DNA from: Octopus bimaculoides
Taxonomy: Eukaryota
DNA: 64,000 nucleotides
Assembly: GCF_001194135.2 (NCBI RefSeq)
Contig: NC_068989.1
Span: forward strand, 45,372,350 to 45,436,349
Direction of reading: 5' to 3'
Below are positions 51,950 to 63,916 of the stretch, piece after piece; the stretch's first letter is position 1, and the number at the start of each line of letters is the position of its first letter. Under the pieces are notes generated by a model. The model was not told the DNA's origin, did no database searches, and saw only the letters and a program-made list of their open reading frames with translations. The translations under genes and the position numbers were made by a program.

Positions 51950-53024
51950 NNNNNNNNNNNNNNNNNNNNNNNNNNNNNNNNNNNNNNNNNNNNNNNNNNN
52001 NNNNNNNNNNNNNNNNNNNNNNNNNNNNNNNNNNNNNNNNNNNNNNNNNNNNNNNNNNNNNNNNNNNNNNNNNNNNNNNNNNNNNNNNNNNNNNNNNNNN
52101 NNNNNNNNNNNNNNNNNNNNNNNTATATATCAAATTAAAAATTAGGGTTCAGCAAAAATTGTTTCACCACACACCGAAAATTAGAAATAGCAGTTAAAAC
52201 TACTATTTCACTACCATAATATATCTCCCGGACAGTAAGACTCGCAACTCACACAGACAAAAAAAATATATATATATATTGCAAAAGAACAAATGTATCG
52301 CAAGAAACAGCTAGGTTTCTTTTACTTACATTTTACATAGTTCAACGTATACAAGTTAATGTGTGAAAATAAAAATTGAAAGCAGTTTCTTATAAAGCTA
52401 GTTTTTCGACATCAAATGGCTATGGGGGTCCACCAGAACAAAATAATAATCAAAGGGATCCATAGATAAAAAAAAAAAATCGTTGAGAACCCCTGAGCAT
52501 CAGTCAGAATATATTGCTATATTTGTACTTGCTCTCTATACCCCGAGTACAAATGCTGCCGTGTGGTGTATAGAAGTACTTATTTCAACGTGATTTATAT
52601 GAATGAAAATATTACGAAGCGGATATTAGTTCTTTGGTAGCCTTCTGGTTTTCTTACTGATATAGATGTCAAGTCAAAGTTGAGCCCTTGTTATGAGACT
52701 AGCATGTGATTTGAGTGATATTTGACTGTTATTTTCCTCAGATCGAGCGATGGACCAATTATTGCAGCTGTCTGTTTGTTATTGTTTTATCTCTAGGGCA
52801 TGTCTAGTAGAGAAAACACACGATGAACCTCCATCACGCATTTCTTTTTATTTTATACTGAGTGTCTAGGACTTCATTATCGAATGCATCATGGCTATAG
52901 TTAAAATTGTAATGTGAGGTCTGAGGGAGCGTTTCTTACAACATTTAACAAATTGAACAAACATGTAGATGTGAATTCGTGCACGTATTAGTTTCCAATG
53001 GCTATTGTGAAACTACCAAAACTA

Positions 53025-53224
53025 CTATGAAAATCCTGCGACTCCGTTAGTTGGCGGTGGGTTTGATTTGTCATTCAGCTTAACACCATCACTTGCCCTC
53101 GGTGGGTTTTTATTGGAAATTACAACCGCTGCAATCATTTGGGGCTGGTTTCCACACTGAAATACCTTAACCATTCCACCATACATGGAGTCCTTATTGA
53201 GAGGGATATACACCACTTTACATT
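53025..53224 (-). CDS. Candidate terminal coding exon of an unidentified host gene (xCKVVYIPLNKDSMYGGMVKVFQCGNQPQM...GVAGFS*)
   Basis: Acceptor TTATTTTCTACATCTTTAAACAG, an open frame of 66 codons, GC above background, a TAG stop and AATAAA about 175 nt downstream. No homologue recognised. Confidence 0.4.
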
Positions 53225-53832
53225 CTGTTTAAAGATGTAGAAAATAAGAGAAGTAAACAGCTGAATGTGAGAATGAAACGCATTCTTCAATCAATATTTC
53301 AGAATTTGAAACACATATCTAGGGCAGCATTCAACATTTCATGTGTAAATATTTAAATGTAAACGTAGCACAAGATAATGATTATTAATGGCAAATACAC
53401 AATAAAGGTTACGATTCAAAAACGTAGGCTTGCACTATTTAAATTTTATAGGATTCTTCAATTTCCTTGTGTAGCAAATAATTAAGATATTTGCTAAAGT
53501 GAAATAGAAATAATGATTCCTTTCATTGAGAGAGGATGTGAATTACAAAGATTTCACAATCACTAATGGAAACATTGACTAACGGGCTCTACAAAACACA
53601 TACAGAAACGCACACACACGCACACACACATATACATACAAATGCGTGTGTGTATGTGTGTGTGTGTGCGCGCGTACGTGTGCGAGTTTTTTGTGTTCCA
53701 TTCATTTGCTACACAATTACACATGCATTAGTTCAACCGGCATAAGACACTTTCTATATATGATCATATTTTTCAATTCATTTTTCTTCCTGTCATTAAA
53801 CTATCACAACTGTTATCTCGCTTTCTCTCTTC

Positions 53833-53890
<58 letters not shown>

Positions 53891-54563
53891 GTTTGTTTCT
53901 GTGTCTATCCATAAGCACTTTAATCTAAGCACACATACACACGCGCGCACGCACACGCACAGACAAATGTATAAAGCATCCCATATACAGTAATGCTCCG
54001 ACTATCTGGAAGTGTTACGTTCCAAAACCCCAACGATAGATGAAAATCCGCGAAGTAGAAACAGTACTGTACTGTATATTGTTTTTAATTATTCTTATAC
54101 TTTGTATATATTTATTTTATCATAAATGCAAAGCANNNNNNNNNNNNNNNNNNNNNNNNNNNNNNNNNNNNNNNNNNNNNNNNNNNNNNNNNNNNNNNNN
54201 NNNNNNNNNNNNNNNNNNNNNNNNNNNNNNNNNNNNNNNNNNNNNNNNNNNNNNNNNNNNNNNNNNNNNNNNNNNNNNNNNNNNNNNNNNNNNNNNNNNN
54301 NNNNNNNNNNNNNNNNNNNNNNNNNNNNNNNNNNNNNNNNNNNNNNNNNNNNNNNNNNNNNNNNNNNNNNNNNNNNNNNNNNNNNNNNNNNNNNNNNNNN
54401 NNNNNNNNNNNNNNNNNNNNNNNNNNNNNNNNNNNNNNNNNNNNNNNNNNNNNNNNNNNNNNNNNNNNNNNNNNNNNNNNNNNNNNNNNNNNNNNNNNNN
54501 NNNNNNNNNNNNNNNNNNNNNNNNNNNNNNNNNNNNNNNNNNNNNNNNNNNNNNNNNNNNNAC

Positions 54564-54641
<78 letters not shown>

Positions 54642-54984
54642 ATGTATATATATATGTATGTATATATATACATGTGTATATATACATATATGTATATGAT
54701 ATATATAAATGTATTTATGTATGTGTATATGCATGTATGTACCTATAAACACATATATATTTATTATATATATTATATATATTTATAATTTATAAAATTT
54801 CATTATTCATTATTATAGTGTGTAACAAAATTTGTATACATTCTTTTGTCTCTGCCCAGTACGTGTTATTTTTCTGTTTGCTCCCTTCTAGAAATCAACG
54901 GAATTGGCTATTACTCCCCTCAGACTTTACTTTTGCGACCTGGACCTCAACGTTTTGAAACTGACCTATTCTCCAATATATTTT

Positions 54985-55190
54985 TAACCGATTCAGCGCT
55001 GAGCTGTTGAAGCAGAAATATCGTTATAGCATATTTTCTGCTCAGTACGACAGATTTGCTTATTAGTTGCTTGACCTTAACCAGTTGGGCATCTCCCTTA
55101 GTAGCTGACATTAAGTGCATCTCTGATCGTAAGTAGTTGGGGACAGCATAGCCATGTGTTGAGAGGCAATCCTTAGGGTTTGTATAAATG
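54985..55190 (-). repeat. Repeat family C, internal fragment
   Basis: CAGATTTGCTTATTAGTTGCTTGACCTTAACCAGTTG...GCATCTCTGATC...CATAGCCATGTGTTGAGAGG, same orientation as 48378-48876. Confidence 0.75.
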
Positions 55191-55306
55191 TAACAAAAGC
55201 AAAGTTTGAAGGCAATATTAATCATTTTTCATGCTTTCTATGGTAAACTAATAGGGAATAACAGTTGCTACACGAGGACAAAAATCATGTTGCACAGTGT
55301 TATTGC

Positions 55307-55348
55307 AACTGTCTGATGAACGGTCACGTGAAACACTGGGTAACAATT
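55307..55348 (+). ncRNA. Minimal type I hammerhead ribozyme with intact core (GUA site)
   Basis: AACTGT-CTGATGA-ACG(GTCA)CGT-GAAA-CACTGGG-TA-ACAATT. Stem I has 5 of 6 bp, stem II has 3 bp plus a tetraloop, and stem III is short and imperfect. Confidence 0.7.
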
Positions 55349-55500
55349 TCTGTAAGTTTATCCGGCGTTAATAAAATAGACAATTTAAACATGAACAAAG
55401 AAGAAAAAACACGAAAAAATAAAACACTAAAAAACAACGCGATGACGTGGAACAAGTACAGTGTTATTGGACGCTCAGGAAAGGAAAGAATAGAAAGAGG

Positions 55501-55535
55501 ATTTAACGTTTCGATCGGAGATCTTCGTCAGAAAT
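55501..55535 (-). ncRNA. Minimal type I hammerhead ribozyme with intact core (GUU site, palindromic stem III)
   Basis: The minus strand reads ATTT-CTGACGA-A-GATC(TCC)GATC-GAAA-CG-TT-AAAT. Its host repeat (55370-55570) has a truncated inverted relative at 17725-17800. Confidence 0.7.
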
Positions 55536-55699
55536 ATAGGAAAAGTCCAAAGAAGGGAAGACAGAGAAAATATACATAAATACATACATACATACATACA
55601 TACATACATACATACATAAATAAATACATACATACATACACACACACACACNNNNNNNNNNNNNNNNNNNNNNNNNNNNNNNNNNNNNNNNNNNNNNNN

Positions 55700-55750
<51 letters not shown>

Positions 55751-56478
55751 ATGCACACAGAAACACATATGTACATTCGTGTTAAATAAATAGAGAGAGA
55801 GTGAGAGAATGAGAGGGAGGTAGAGTGAACGGAAGACTCTTCATCTTGTTATATGTGTGTGTGTATCTATATATAATAATGTGAGTTGACATATGTACAC
55901 AGACACAGATGCATAGGTGAAATTCTGCTTTATTGAATAGCAGTTTAAAAAAACTTTCAACATAGCAAAATGTGTTTCTATTGAAACAAAGCAACAGTTA
56001 CCTAACTACAGCGAAATATGGTATATCAAAGACTTCCGTACACCGTTAAAAAGAGAAACGAGTTATTAATGTGCAAATGTAACAGATGAAGACACAATAT
56101 ACACGGTTGCTGTATTTTCTTAGTATAATGTACTTTACAGTGTTAAAAAGAAATTTCGCAAAAATCTAAAACAGTACATTTCACTCTGTTCTTTGTGCAT
56201 ACGCTAAACATAAGTAAATCTCAACGGTCACGCTAGGACGGAATCAGAATTGATGAAGTCATCAAGCATTTCTAAAAGCAAAGCGTTCTAATGCGACTAT
56301 CCTGTGATTTGTGATAACGAAGTTAGATTTTTAAATATCCCAACTATAACTATCTGTGACTTTAGTTAATAAAATCATAATCTTTGTTCACGGTAATTAA
56401 TACATATGCCTTCCACCCGTGACCATCTCTTCACTTTGAAATTTAAGTTTCTACTCTGACACAGTCGATAATAATAAT

Positions 56479-56839
56479 AACAAGAGCACTCAGAGAAAAC
56501 AAACCTCCGCCAAGGCAACACGAACGATTAGCCAGAGATGATTTTTAATATGATAATATATGAAATAAACTCGATTGCTCTCACAAACGAGAATATCAAA
56601 AATGAACCCGACCACTCTCAAAAATTAAGTAAAAGAGCAGGAAAGATAATCGAGAATCCCTGTCAGGTATCGGATCGATCGTAAAATCTAATCAGTTCGT
56701 GCTAGTTACGACGCCAAACATCCCTGAAAGTTTCATCCGAATCCATCCAGCGGTTCTTGAGACATGTTCACGGACAAAGAAACAAAGAAACAAGCACGAC
56801 TGAAAACAATATCTCCGCCTTCGCTAGGGCGGAGGTAAT
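56479..56839. mobile_element. Non-autonomous Helentron/DINE-1-type element (HINE)
   Basis: Asymmetric subterminal inverted repeats ACCTCCGCC (56503) and GGCGGAGGT, a terminal hairpin CTCCGCC-TTCGCTAG-GGCGGAG, and A/T-rich ends. Confidence 0.65.
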
Positions 56840-57706
56840 AAATAGAATCTAAAATAAAATTTAACAGAAATTCCCATAAAATAAGTTATTACATTTTGTT
56901 TTTGTATTTGGTTTGCAAGAATCTTGATGTGAACTCGGGAGGGTCATTGAACTAATGATAAGCTCACGCACTGGTTAAATTTTATTTATTTATTATTTGT
57001 CAATTGGTTTGCTCTTTAGCCACCTATTGTTCGATTAATTATTTGTTTAGCCAATCAATCAGTTGTCTTTGCCAAAGTCCTTCTGTCATTACTTGCTACT
57101 TCTTCAATGAAGTGCCATCACTACTCCAGTTTACCTTCAGATGTTATTTATTGATTAACCGAAGAATTAATCCAGCAAACCTATAGCTAGGTGATTAACT
57201 AGTGAATGAACTGACAAATAATAAAGAAGTGAAATTGAAAAAGTGCGTGTGTTTGTTATTGGAATAATGCCCTCCACCGAGATAAAACAAAAATATTAAT
57301 ACATATTATTGCTATGTAACATTATTCAAAATAGCTAATACAATTTTTGAAAAACCACAACTGATACGCCCGTCATCTTTCGTAAGAACATATAGTGCGA
57401 GAGATCGATAATAATTAGTGGAGGGTAGTTTAAAATAAATGCTACATAGTAGCAGTTTTTGAACGAAAAGAAATCGTTAGAACAACTGATAAACTGCAAG
57501 GTACTGGAAAAATGTTCGATGATGAGACAGCATAACGACCAAATACGGTAACTTGGAGCTGATTTTTTGTAGAATGGTATGTATCCTATCTCAGATTTGG
57601 ATTCGGATTATTCTGTTATACATTTTCACACATAGTGTCTCTACGTGGGGTTAAACTAGCATTTGCAAATACATAAACAGATAGAATAAAAACGGAAAAG
57701 GAAATT

Positions 57707-58090
57707 ACTTCCCAACCATGGGGACTTGGGTTCAGTTCTACTGTGCGGCTTCTTCGGCGGCAAGTGCCTTCTACTATATCCTCAATCGAAACAAAGCCTT
57801 GCAGGTGGATTTTTTACGGCGCGCGCGCGCGTGTATCTATATATGTATGTATGAGTGTATATATGACTCTTTTGTGTTTATATTCTTGTGTCTGCATTTG
57901 TCCCCGCCCACCGTTTGACAATCGATCTTGGTCTCTTTACATCCCCTTTAACTTAGGAGTTCGGCAAAGGTGAAAAAATACAATAAGTACCAAGCTTAAA
58001 AATATAAGTACAGGTAGCGATTTGTTCGATGAAACTCATGAACGTAGTGTTCCAGAATAGCTGCACCCAGTGAGCTGAACAAGTAAGAGA
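57707..58090 (+). mobile_element. SINE family A, old diverged copy
   Basis: GGGTTCAGTTCTACTG...GGCAAGTGCCTTCTACTATA...TTTGACAATCGATC...GTTCGGCAAAGG...AACAAGTAAGAGA. Confidence 0.75.
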
Positions 58091-58370
58091 TGTGACCAAT
58101 AAAGAAAGGCTGGGAAGTTTGAAATCAAAAGCTCGGATCTCTCACTCCGTAAAAAATTACGAGAGAGTCATATTTGGAAGGCAGACTTTTATATTATTGT
58201 TTGATAAACTGCTAAAACATAAATTTTGGTTACGTTGAAGTTTAGACATGTTTAGCGCATGAGCAAGAAAAGTGTCTATATGATTTGTTTTACATAATCT
58301 CATTATAACAAATGTCACTTTACAAGAAATCATTTTATATCGAGTCAAATTCATTAGTAACTTAATTTAT

Positions 58371-58425
<55 letters not shown>

Positions 58426-58483
58426 GTTTGTCTATCTATGTATCTGTATGTTTGTCTGTCTGTATGTGTATGCAAACATACAA

Positions 58484-58528
<45 letters not shown>

Positions 58529-60039
58529 ATGTGAATACGCAGTCTCGAGCAAATATATGAGTGTGTATACACGTGCATATATATCTGTGTGTGTGTGTGT
58601 GTGTGTACGCGCTCCTGTGTGTGCATGTGTGTGTATAAATATATAAATAAATAAATGAATATATATATATATGTATATATATCTTCTGGCCATTATACCA
58701 ATGAGTCAGTGGGCAATAACCTATACGCCCCTATTATCACTGTATTTATGTTGTCACGAATCTTTATTCATTTGGAGTTGCCAGACATCGCAAATAACTC
58801 ACTAACATTTTTGTTTTTCACTGGCCTTGTTTAACCTCTCCCGTTTTATAGTGATTCATCTTTTTTGTTCGTACTGAAATTGTGTTTTAAAATTTAGTGG
58901 GATATGTATATTTCCTCCTCTCAAATACATATTCACACACGCCCATACATGCATACAGAAATCCATAAACTTTCATAAGACATATATACATACACACACC
59001 TACATATTCATATAAACACACGCGGAGACACGCATATATTGATGCATACACATACTTGCGATCCTCTTTAATAGTGATAGCCGACAGGTGCAGTAAAACC
59101 AATTGCATAAATTGTAGAGCGAGGTTCCAATGAAGAAATATTGTAGATTTTCGTTTTACTATGGGAACTATGAGGATGGATACAGCTACGAAAAGAAGGA
59201 AAGATGAATGAGTCGGGAGTGCTTGAGTTGAAATTCTATATAAGGACAGCCAGCATCGAAGTGGTTTCTCTTTACTGAGCTTTAAACAGAGTTAGTAGCT
59301 GTTGGGAGTTGAAGTATTCCGTGGCACTAAAGAAAAAGGGCAATCATTGTGATGTAGTTTTGACTCCATCGCAGATACTAGCTTTTCTCATTTGTAGCCA
59401 CTACAGGGTTATGGTTTGTGTGCTGTTCATGGTTAGAGTGATACTGGGGGCTCAGTAAAGTTTTTCGTAATATGTGCAAGTACGGTAATCCAGAATTGTT
59501 GAAGAAAACAAGATTCGTATGGCGCTGTCGGAAAATCCTTGCAAGGTCATTGTTCATTTGGTTAGTATATATGAGTGGAGATATCTAGTTTGCGTCTAAG
59601 TAAAGTTTGTGTGCAAGAGGTTTGGGAAGATTTGGAGAAGAGTAGAGACAACAAATGTACTCAGAGGACTTAATGAGGAAGGTTTTGTGCTAGAATATCT
59701 GGAAGTTTCTGTAACTGATATCCCGTTAGTAGCGATGAGTATCAGGGAAATTATACTATATATTGTCAGGCTTGTTTCTCGTCAAAGTTTATCTACAGAA
59801 AGTAGTACATTCTATCAATAGGCCAGGCAGCATACATATTAGACACATTTAAATAGCATAAATATCTTCATGACATATCCCATATATAAAGTTGTTACAG
59901 AGAAACAAACGTACATCGCAATTTATTGAATATGTGTTTACTGCAAATATTTATGGTTAATGTAAATGAGTTTCGTATAAAATATATTATAACTTTCAGG
60001 TGCTCAAATATAGATATCTATTGCACACACACACGCGCG

Positions 60040-60093
<54 letters not shown>

Positions 60094-60154
60094 TATAATA
60101 CACTTTACCATTTATATTGTATATGGCATCAGACTGAGACTCATCCTTATTATA

Positions 60155-60640
60155 CACCGTATCAACGAGGGAACTCTCTTGGGCTTCATCTTTACCATAG
60201 AGTTTGAGGTCATCCATGAATAACAAATGGTTGATGTTTTGTTGGAGGCTTTTGAATACATACCCAGTTTTTGCTTTCCTCAGAATCAGTGTAAGTGGTA
60301 TCAAGTACAAAGATCAGTGGAGACAGGCAGTCCCCCTGGAAGATGCCCCTCCTAATTTCTACTGTCCCAAAATTTCTTCCGTATGCTCTCAGATCCATCC
60401 TCCAATTCGCCATATATTTTCCAAGCAATCGCTCAACATTCAATGCAATACCAAATAGGTTCATACATTCCATAATCCAAGAATGTGGGATCATATCGTA
60501 CGCCTTACGATAGTCGATCCATGACATGGCTAAGTTACTTTTCTTCCTCTTGTAATCTCTAAGTTAAGTTTTGTCTACCAGGATTTGATCCTTGGCACCG
60601 CTGTACTTACGCTTGCAACCCTTCAGCTCATGTAATAGCC
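60155..60640 (-). mobile_element. R4/Dong-clade RT internal fragment, second subfamily
   Basis: KGCKRKYSGAKDQILVDK, MSWIDYRKAYDMIPHSWI, RRGIFQGDCLSPLIF and INHLLFMDDLKLYGK. Confidence 0.88.
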
Positions 60641-60829
60641 ATTTCAAAAATGTCCGTGCTCTCTGCTCCACCCTGTACAACCTCAGGTTATTCTCATTTC
60701 TAACATACGTGTAAAACCACAACGAAATATGTTATAGGATATGAAGATAGTATGCCTGGTTGTGTATTGTCGCTGATAAATAAAGTTGGACTCGAAGTTA
60801 TCACGCGATAAAAAGTTATGAAAAACAAT

Positions 60830-60990
60830 AACAAATCTTTTTAGAATAGGCACGAGGCTTGAAACTTTTGGGGGTAGAGCTAGTCGTTTATATTGATCCC
60901 CAGCTTTTGATTTATTTACTCGACCCGAAAGGATGAAAAGCAAAATCGACCTCAGGAATAAAATTTAAAGACTGCCGAAATGTTGGTAAG
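60830..60990 (-). mobile_element. SINE family B, diverged
   Basis: TCGACCCGAAAGGATGAAAAGCAAAATCGACCTC. Confidence 0.75.
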
Positions 60991-61364
60991 TATTCTACCA
61001 GATTGCCACCTAAATAAATACAATAAATATAAATGAATAACTTAGCAGAACAGTATAACCCCCACACACACTCACACACATACCAAACATATAAATGTAA
61101 CACACGCAGAGTTTATAACAGAAGAATGTGGGTTTTGAGTTTCAGACGTTTTGTTTGTCAAGTGTTACGCAGTTATATTCCACTTAGCATGAATTAACCA
61201 AGTATATGTTACCCACGATTTAACAATGATTTCTCAGTTAACTTTGGGTTATAATTATGCATGTGGCATAAATAAGTCTATAGGGTTAGGGTAGTATAAT
61301 TGGTGCTTGGGCTTGAAATAATTTACCGTTTTCACTTCAACTCTTTGTCTACATCAAATTTTCG

Positions 61365-61500
61365 GGTCAACTGGTGTGTTTACGTTCCCATAATTTGGCC
61401 GATAAATATTGAGGTGTCGGTTTATTCGACTTAAAATATTCCTCAAGGCGGGTCCCAACATGGCCGTAGTCTAATGACTGAGACAAGTAAAAGATAAAAG
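61365..61500 (+). mobile_element. SINE family A tail module
   Basis: AACATGGCCGTAGTCTAATGACTGAGACAAGTAAAAGATAAAAGA. Confidence 0.7.
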
Positions 61501-61565
<65 letters not shown>

Positions 61566-61650
61566 CCGACCTCTCTCTATATGTAGATAGGTAGTTAGAC
61601 AGATAGATATAGATAGTATGTTACAAGGATCAAACAATCCAACTGTTTAC

Positions 61651-61713
61651 CTCTGGTAGTACTCCTGCGAACAACGGTTACAAAGAAAATCTTTATGAAG
61701 GAGAATTTCCTCA
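61651..61713 (-). CDS. Candidate 63-nt internal host exon
   Basis: Acceptor TTTTTTTAAACTAATGTTTCTAG and donor GAG|GTAAAC. Two frames are open: EEILLHKDFLCNRCSQEYYQ or RKFSFIKIFFVTVVRRSTTR. Confidence 0.4.
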
Positions 61714-63750
61714 CTAGAAACATTAGTTTAAAAAAATTTAAAAAAACTTCCCTAAGGTTATCTTCCATTGTGGATCCTAAATAAAAAGCAAAGAATGAAG
61801 TTGCTGGTATAATATTTATTCCATGATTTACAATTATTTCAATATCGTGGTGGATTAGAGCTCAAATAACATGCGCAAGTCTACAGACGAGAAATACTCC
61901 TCTCTAAATATAGTAAACTTGATATCTGGAAGTAACGAACAGACAAATATCAAGACATATGAATCAATTGATAAATGCAACTTCTGAAATTACATTATCA
62001 AGAATACAATAAATGCGTCTATTCATTCGTTTCTCGTTCAAAATTCTAATATTAGGCTCCCCTTTTGGAATCATGTAATAACCACCCACTAGATTATCTT
62101 ATCATGTATCTCTTATATATCAGAAATCCTACCATTTGGACTGTGTTTTATTTGTTCATTCGGTTATGACTAAATGGCTGTGGGTAATCATTATGTAACA
62201 GTTATTATATAATCGACATGACAATATAATTGTCCTCATCCTTATTGTCATGCGTGTTATTTTATTTGCCACCTACACATTATGGAATAACTGAAATAAC
62301 AGTAACTCCATCCTTTGTTTACTGTCTCTTCTCATTCTCTTTCTGTATATATATGTATATANNNNNNNNNNNNNNNNNNNNNNNNNNNNNNNNNNNNNNN
62401 NNNNNNNNNNNNNNNNNNNNNNNNNNNNNNNNNNNNNNNNNNNNNNNNNNNNNNNNNNNNNNNNNNNNNNNNNNNNNNNNNNNNNNNNNNNNNNNNNNNN
62501 NNNNNNNNNNNNNNNNNNNNNNNNNNNNNNNNNNNNNNNNNNNNNNNNNNNNNNNNNNNNNNNNNNNNNNNNNNNNNNNNNNNNNNNNNNNNNNNNNNNN
62601 NNNNNNNNNNNNNNNNNNNNNNNNNNNNNNNNNNNNNNNNNNNNNNNNNNNNNNNNNNNNNNNNNNNNNNNNNNNNNNNNNNNNNNNNNNNNNNNNNNNN
62701 NNNNNNNNNNNNNNNNNNNNNNNNNNNNNNNNNNNNNNNNNNNNNNNNNNNNNNNNNNNNNNNNNNNNNNNNNNNNNNNNNNNNNNNNNNNNNNNNNNNN
62801 NNNNNNNNNNNNNNNNNNNNNNNNNNNNNNNNNNNNNNNNNNNNNNNNNNNNNNNNNNNNNNNNNNNNNNNNNNNNNNNNNNNNNNNNNNNNNNNNNNNN
62901 NNNNNNNNNNNNNNNNNNNNNNNNNNNNNNNNNNNNNNNNNNNNNNNNNNNNNNNNNNNNNNNNNNNNNNNNNNNNNNNNNNNNNNNNNNNNNNNNNNNN
63001 NNNNNNNNNNNNNNNNNNNNNNNNNNNNNNNNNNNNNNNNNNNNNNNNNNNNNNNNNNNNNNNNNNNNNNNNNNNNNNNNNNNNNNNNNNNNNNNNNNNN
63101 NNNNNNNNNNNNNNNNNNNNNNNNNNNNNNNNNTATGTATGTATGTATGTATATATATATACAAATATACATGTAAATCGATAGATTTGGTAGGACACAA
63201 ACATATAATACTCTTTACGTGACTATACATTCATGCATGTGTGCGTACATACATACATACACATGTATATACAATGTGTATGTATGTATGTATGCATATG
63301 CGTATTTGGAGGAGGGTGTTAATAGCTGGAAATTCCATCGTCTACATTTCCTATGGTAGAGTACTGTCGTGCTAACTATGGAACTTATTCATCCATTCCA
63401 CAATATCTCCAGGTGACGTACATTGAATGATATTCTCTTTTTATTAACTAAGTCTCCACACTGTTAAATACCACATTTGATTGTTTTGCCGCTATATAAA
63501 CAAATTCTGTATATTATATTTTACTTGTACAATTTCTTCTGTAGTTCTTTTGTTGTTGATGATACATACAAAATAAAGACTCTTTAGTATAAATCTAACA
63601 ACTAGCTCTTTGTGATTATCTACTTCGTTTCTCTATATATTCTATAAACAATTGCGATGTTTTAGCGACTTGGTGCAGATGCAAGAATATCCGACACATC
63701 ATCATGTTGTTTTATATTTCTTTCATCTCATTTTGTTTCCGTAATAGTTT

Positions 63751-63823
<73 letters not shown>

Positions 63824-63916
63824 TCTTGTATGAGAAAAAATAGAGAAATTAATATATAGACATCAATTTATTTGAACAAATTTCATTCAGTATAACATCA
63901 GATTATTTACACTTAC

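Larger units (their letters stand above)
1898..63133. other. Assembly gaps (N runs), 13 in total; the span given runs from the first to the last
   Basis: N runs at about 1898-2600, 2936-3035, 4869-5152, 6058-6183, 17834-17989, 22886-23632, 25990-26172, 40888-41117, 50513-50544, 51950-52123, 54136-54561, 55652-55699 and 62362-63133. Most are flanked by (TA)n/(CA)n. Confidence 0.98.
725..63830. repeat. Dense dispersed microsatellites: (TA)n, (CA)n, (GA)n, (GATA)n, (TACA)n, (TAA)n, (TAG)n, (CAA)n
   Basis: Directly visible throughout, e.g. (GATA)n 726-778, (CA)n 20632-20709, (TTA)n 32844-32920, compound (AAT/GAT)n 48178-48370 and 48876-49130, (ATCT)n 61501-61565. Confidence 0.97.

Noticed and set aside
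52420-52497. GTTGAGAACCCCTG (also TTCGAGACCACTG at about 43085 and GCGTCCGCCCCTG at about 16790) resembling DNA-transposon TIR ends
   Set aside because: No matching opposite TIR or TSD could be located in the window.
58803-58873. Minus-strand segment with good splice signals
   Set aside because: It has stop codons in all three frames.
59150-59830. Strand-skewed segments resembling old retroelement ORFs (also 28070-28560, 42130-42800, 50000-50130)
   Set aside because: Only faint Penelope- or LINE-like peptide hints are visible, not enough to assign a family by eye.
61213-61277. Minus-strand 65-nt open segment with acceptor and donor
   Set aside because: It lies in sequence resembling a common repeat with TTAGGG-like ends, so the splice signals are probably incidental.
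1778-63230. Long ORFs of 130-330 aa in the track that contain X runs
   Set aside because: They are open only because they cross N gaps and dinucleotide repeats.
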